This document shows positions 63,421-64,000 of a DNA stretch of 64,000 nucleotides, piece by piece. The translations under genes were made by a program, and so were the position numbers. The number at the start of each line of letters is the position of its first letter. Position 1 is the first letter of the stretch. The stretch lies in contig MU053881.1 in assembly GCA_013239625.1 (NCBI GenBank), forward strand, positions 14,250,373 through 14,314,372, written 5' to 3'. The notes under the pieces were generated by a model, which saw nothing but the letters and a program-made list of their open reading frames with translations, made no database searches and had not been told where the DNA came from. The DNA is from Lama guanicoe (Eukaryota).

Positions 63421-64000
63421 TTGGCTGTACAGCCCTGCGCAGGTTACTTCCCTTCCGTGGTATGTTCGTTTAAATTGCATAAGGTAATACCTGTTAAAAG
63501 CTTAGCGCAGGGCCTTGCATGTGTCGCCTTTCGGTAGGGCTTGTTAAAGCTAGCTCCCATGCCAGCGAGTACTCGGTTGTTTATCCCGTAAACGGTCCTA
63601 CGTTCTTTGTTGTCTGTCTCCTATCTTGCTTTTCAGATGTGAGGCTAGATCTGTGGGATGGGTTTTCCCGTCTGTGGGGCGTGGTTTGAGAACTGAGCAT
63701 CAGTACTGCTGGCCAGTGCTCAGAGCCACCCCCTATCCCACCACCACGACCCAAATGAGCTTGAAATGCAGTTAACAGCAGCGTTTAAGAGGAGCAGGAG
63801 CTATTTGTGAGCAAGTGGCTTAACTGCTTGGGGTCTCTTTATGTCCATCTGCAAGAGGAGGGTGATGGTAGTGAGCACTGCCCTCAGAATACAAGAGCAA
63901 GGTAGTGCACGTGACCCTTAGTCCTGAGATCTGGATGAACAGTTGATATCAGTGACTGTGTCACTGTCCTCTGGGCCTGTGTCTGATGACACCGGCCTGT

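Overview
Mammalian genomic DNA, most likely a camelid (alpaca, llama or camel), judged from four tRNA-Ala-derived Vic-1-type SINEs. The only gene I can recognise is ATP13A1 (P5A-ATPase): its CpG-island promoter and first coding exon (62852-63247, + strand, donor CCG|GTAAGT) lie at the right end. The 62 kb upstream is non-coding. About 6-46 kb is old euchromatic sequence (MIR, L2, MER5, MaLR and ERV solo LTRs) with several repeat-free islands carrying strong TF motifs: three RFX X-boxes and CTCF sites, one with the upstream module. About 46-62 kb is an almost continuous stack of nested LINE-1s. There is an 88-N assembly gap at 26605-26692. Nearly all ORF-track entries are L1/L2 fossils or noise. 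I see no convincing novel multi-gene system. The best leads are an RFX-box promoter or enhancer with a possible orphan exon, an apparent retrocopied transcript end nested in a younger L1 5'UTR, a repeated ATGGCGG/ETS module with uORFs in the ATP13A1 promoter, a probable synteny breakpoint, and several small retrotransposition and rearrangement scars. Repeat family names are recalled from memory, not from a library search, and many repeat boundaries are approximate.
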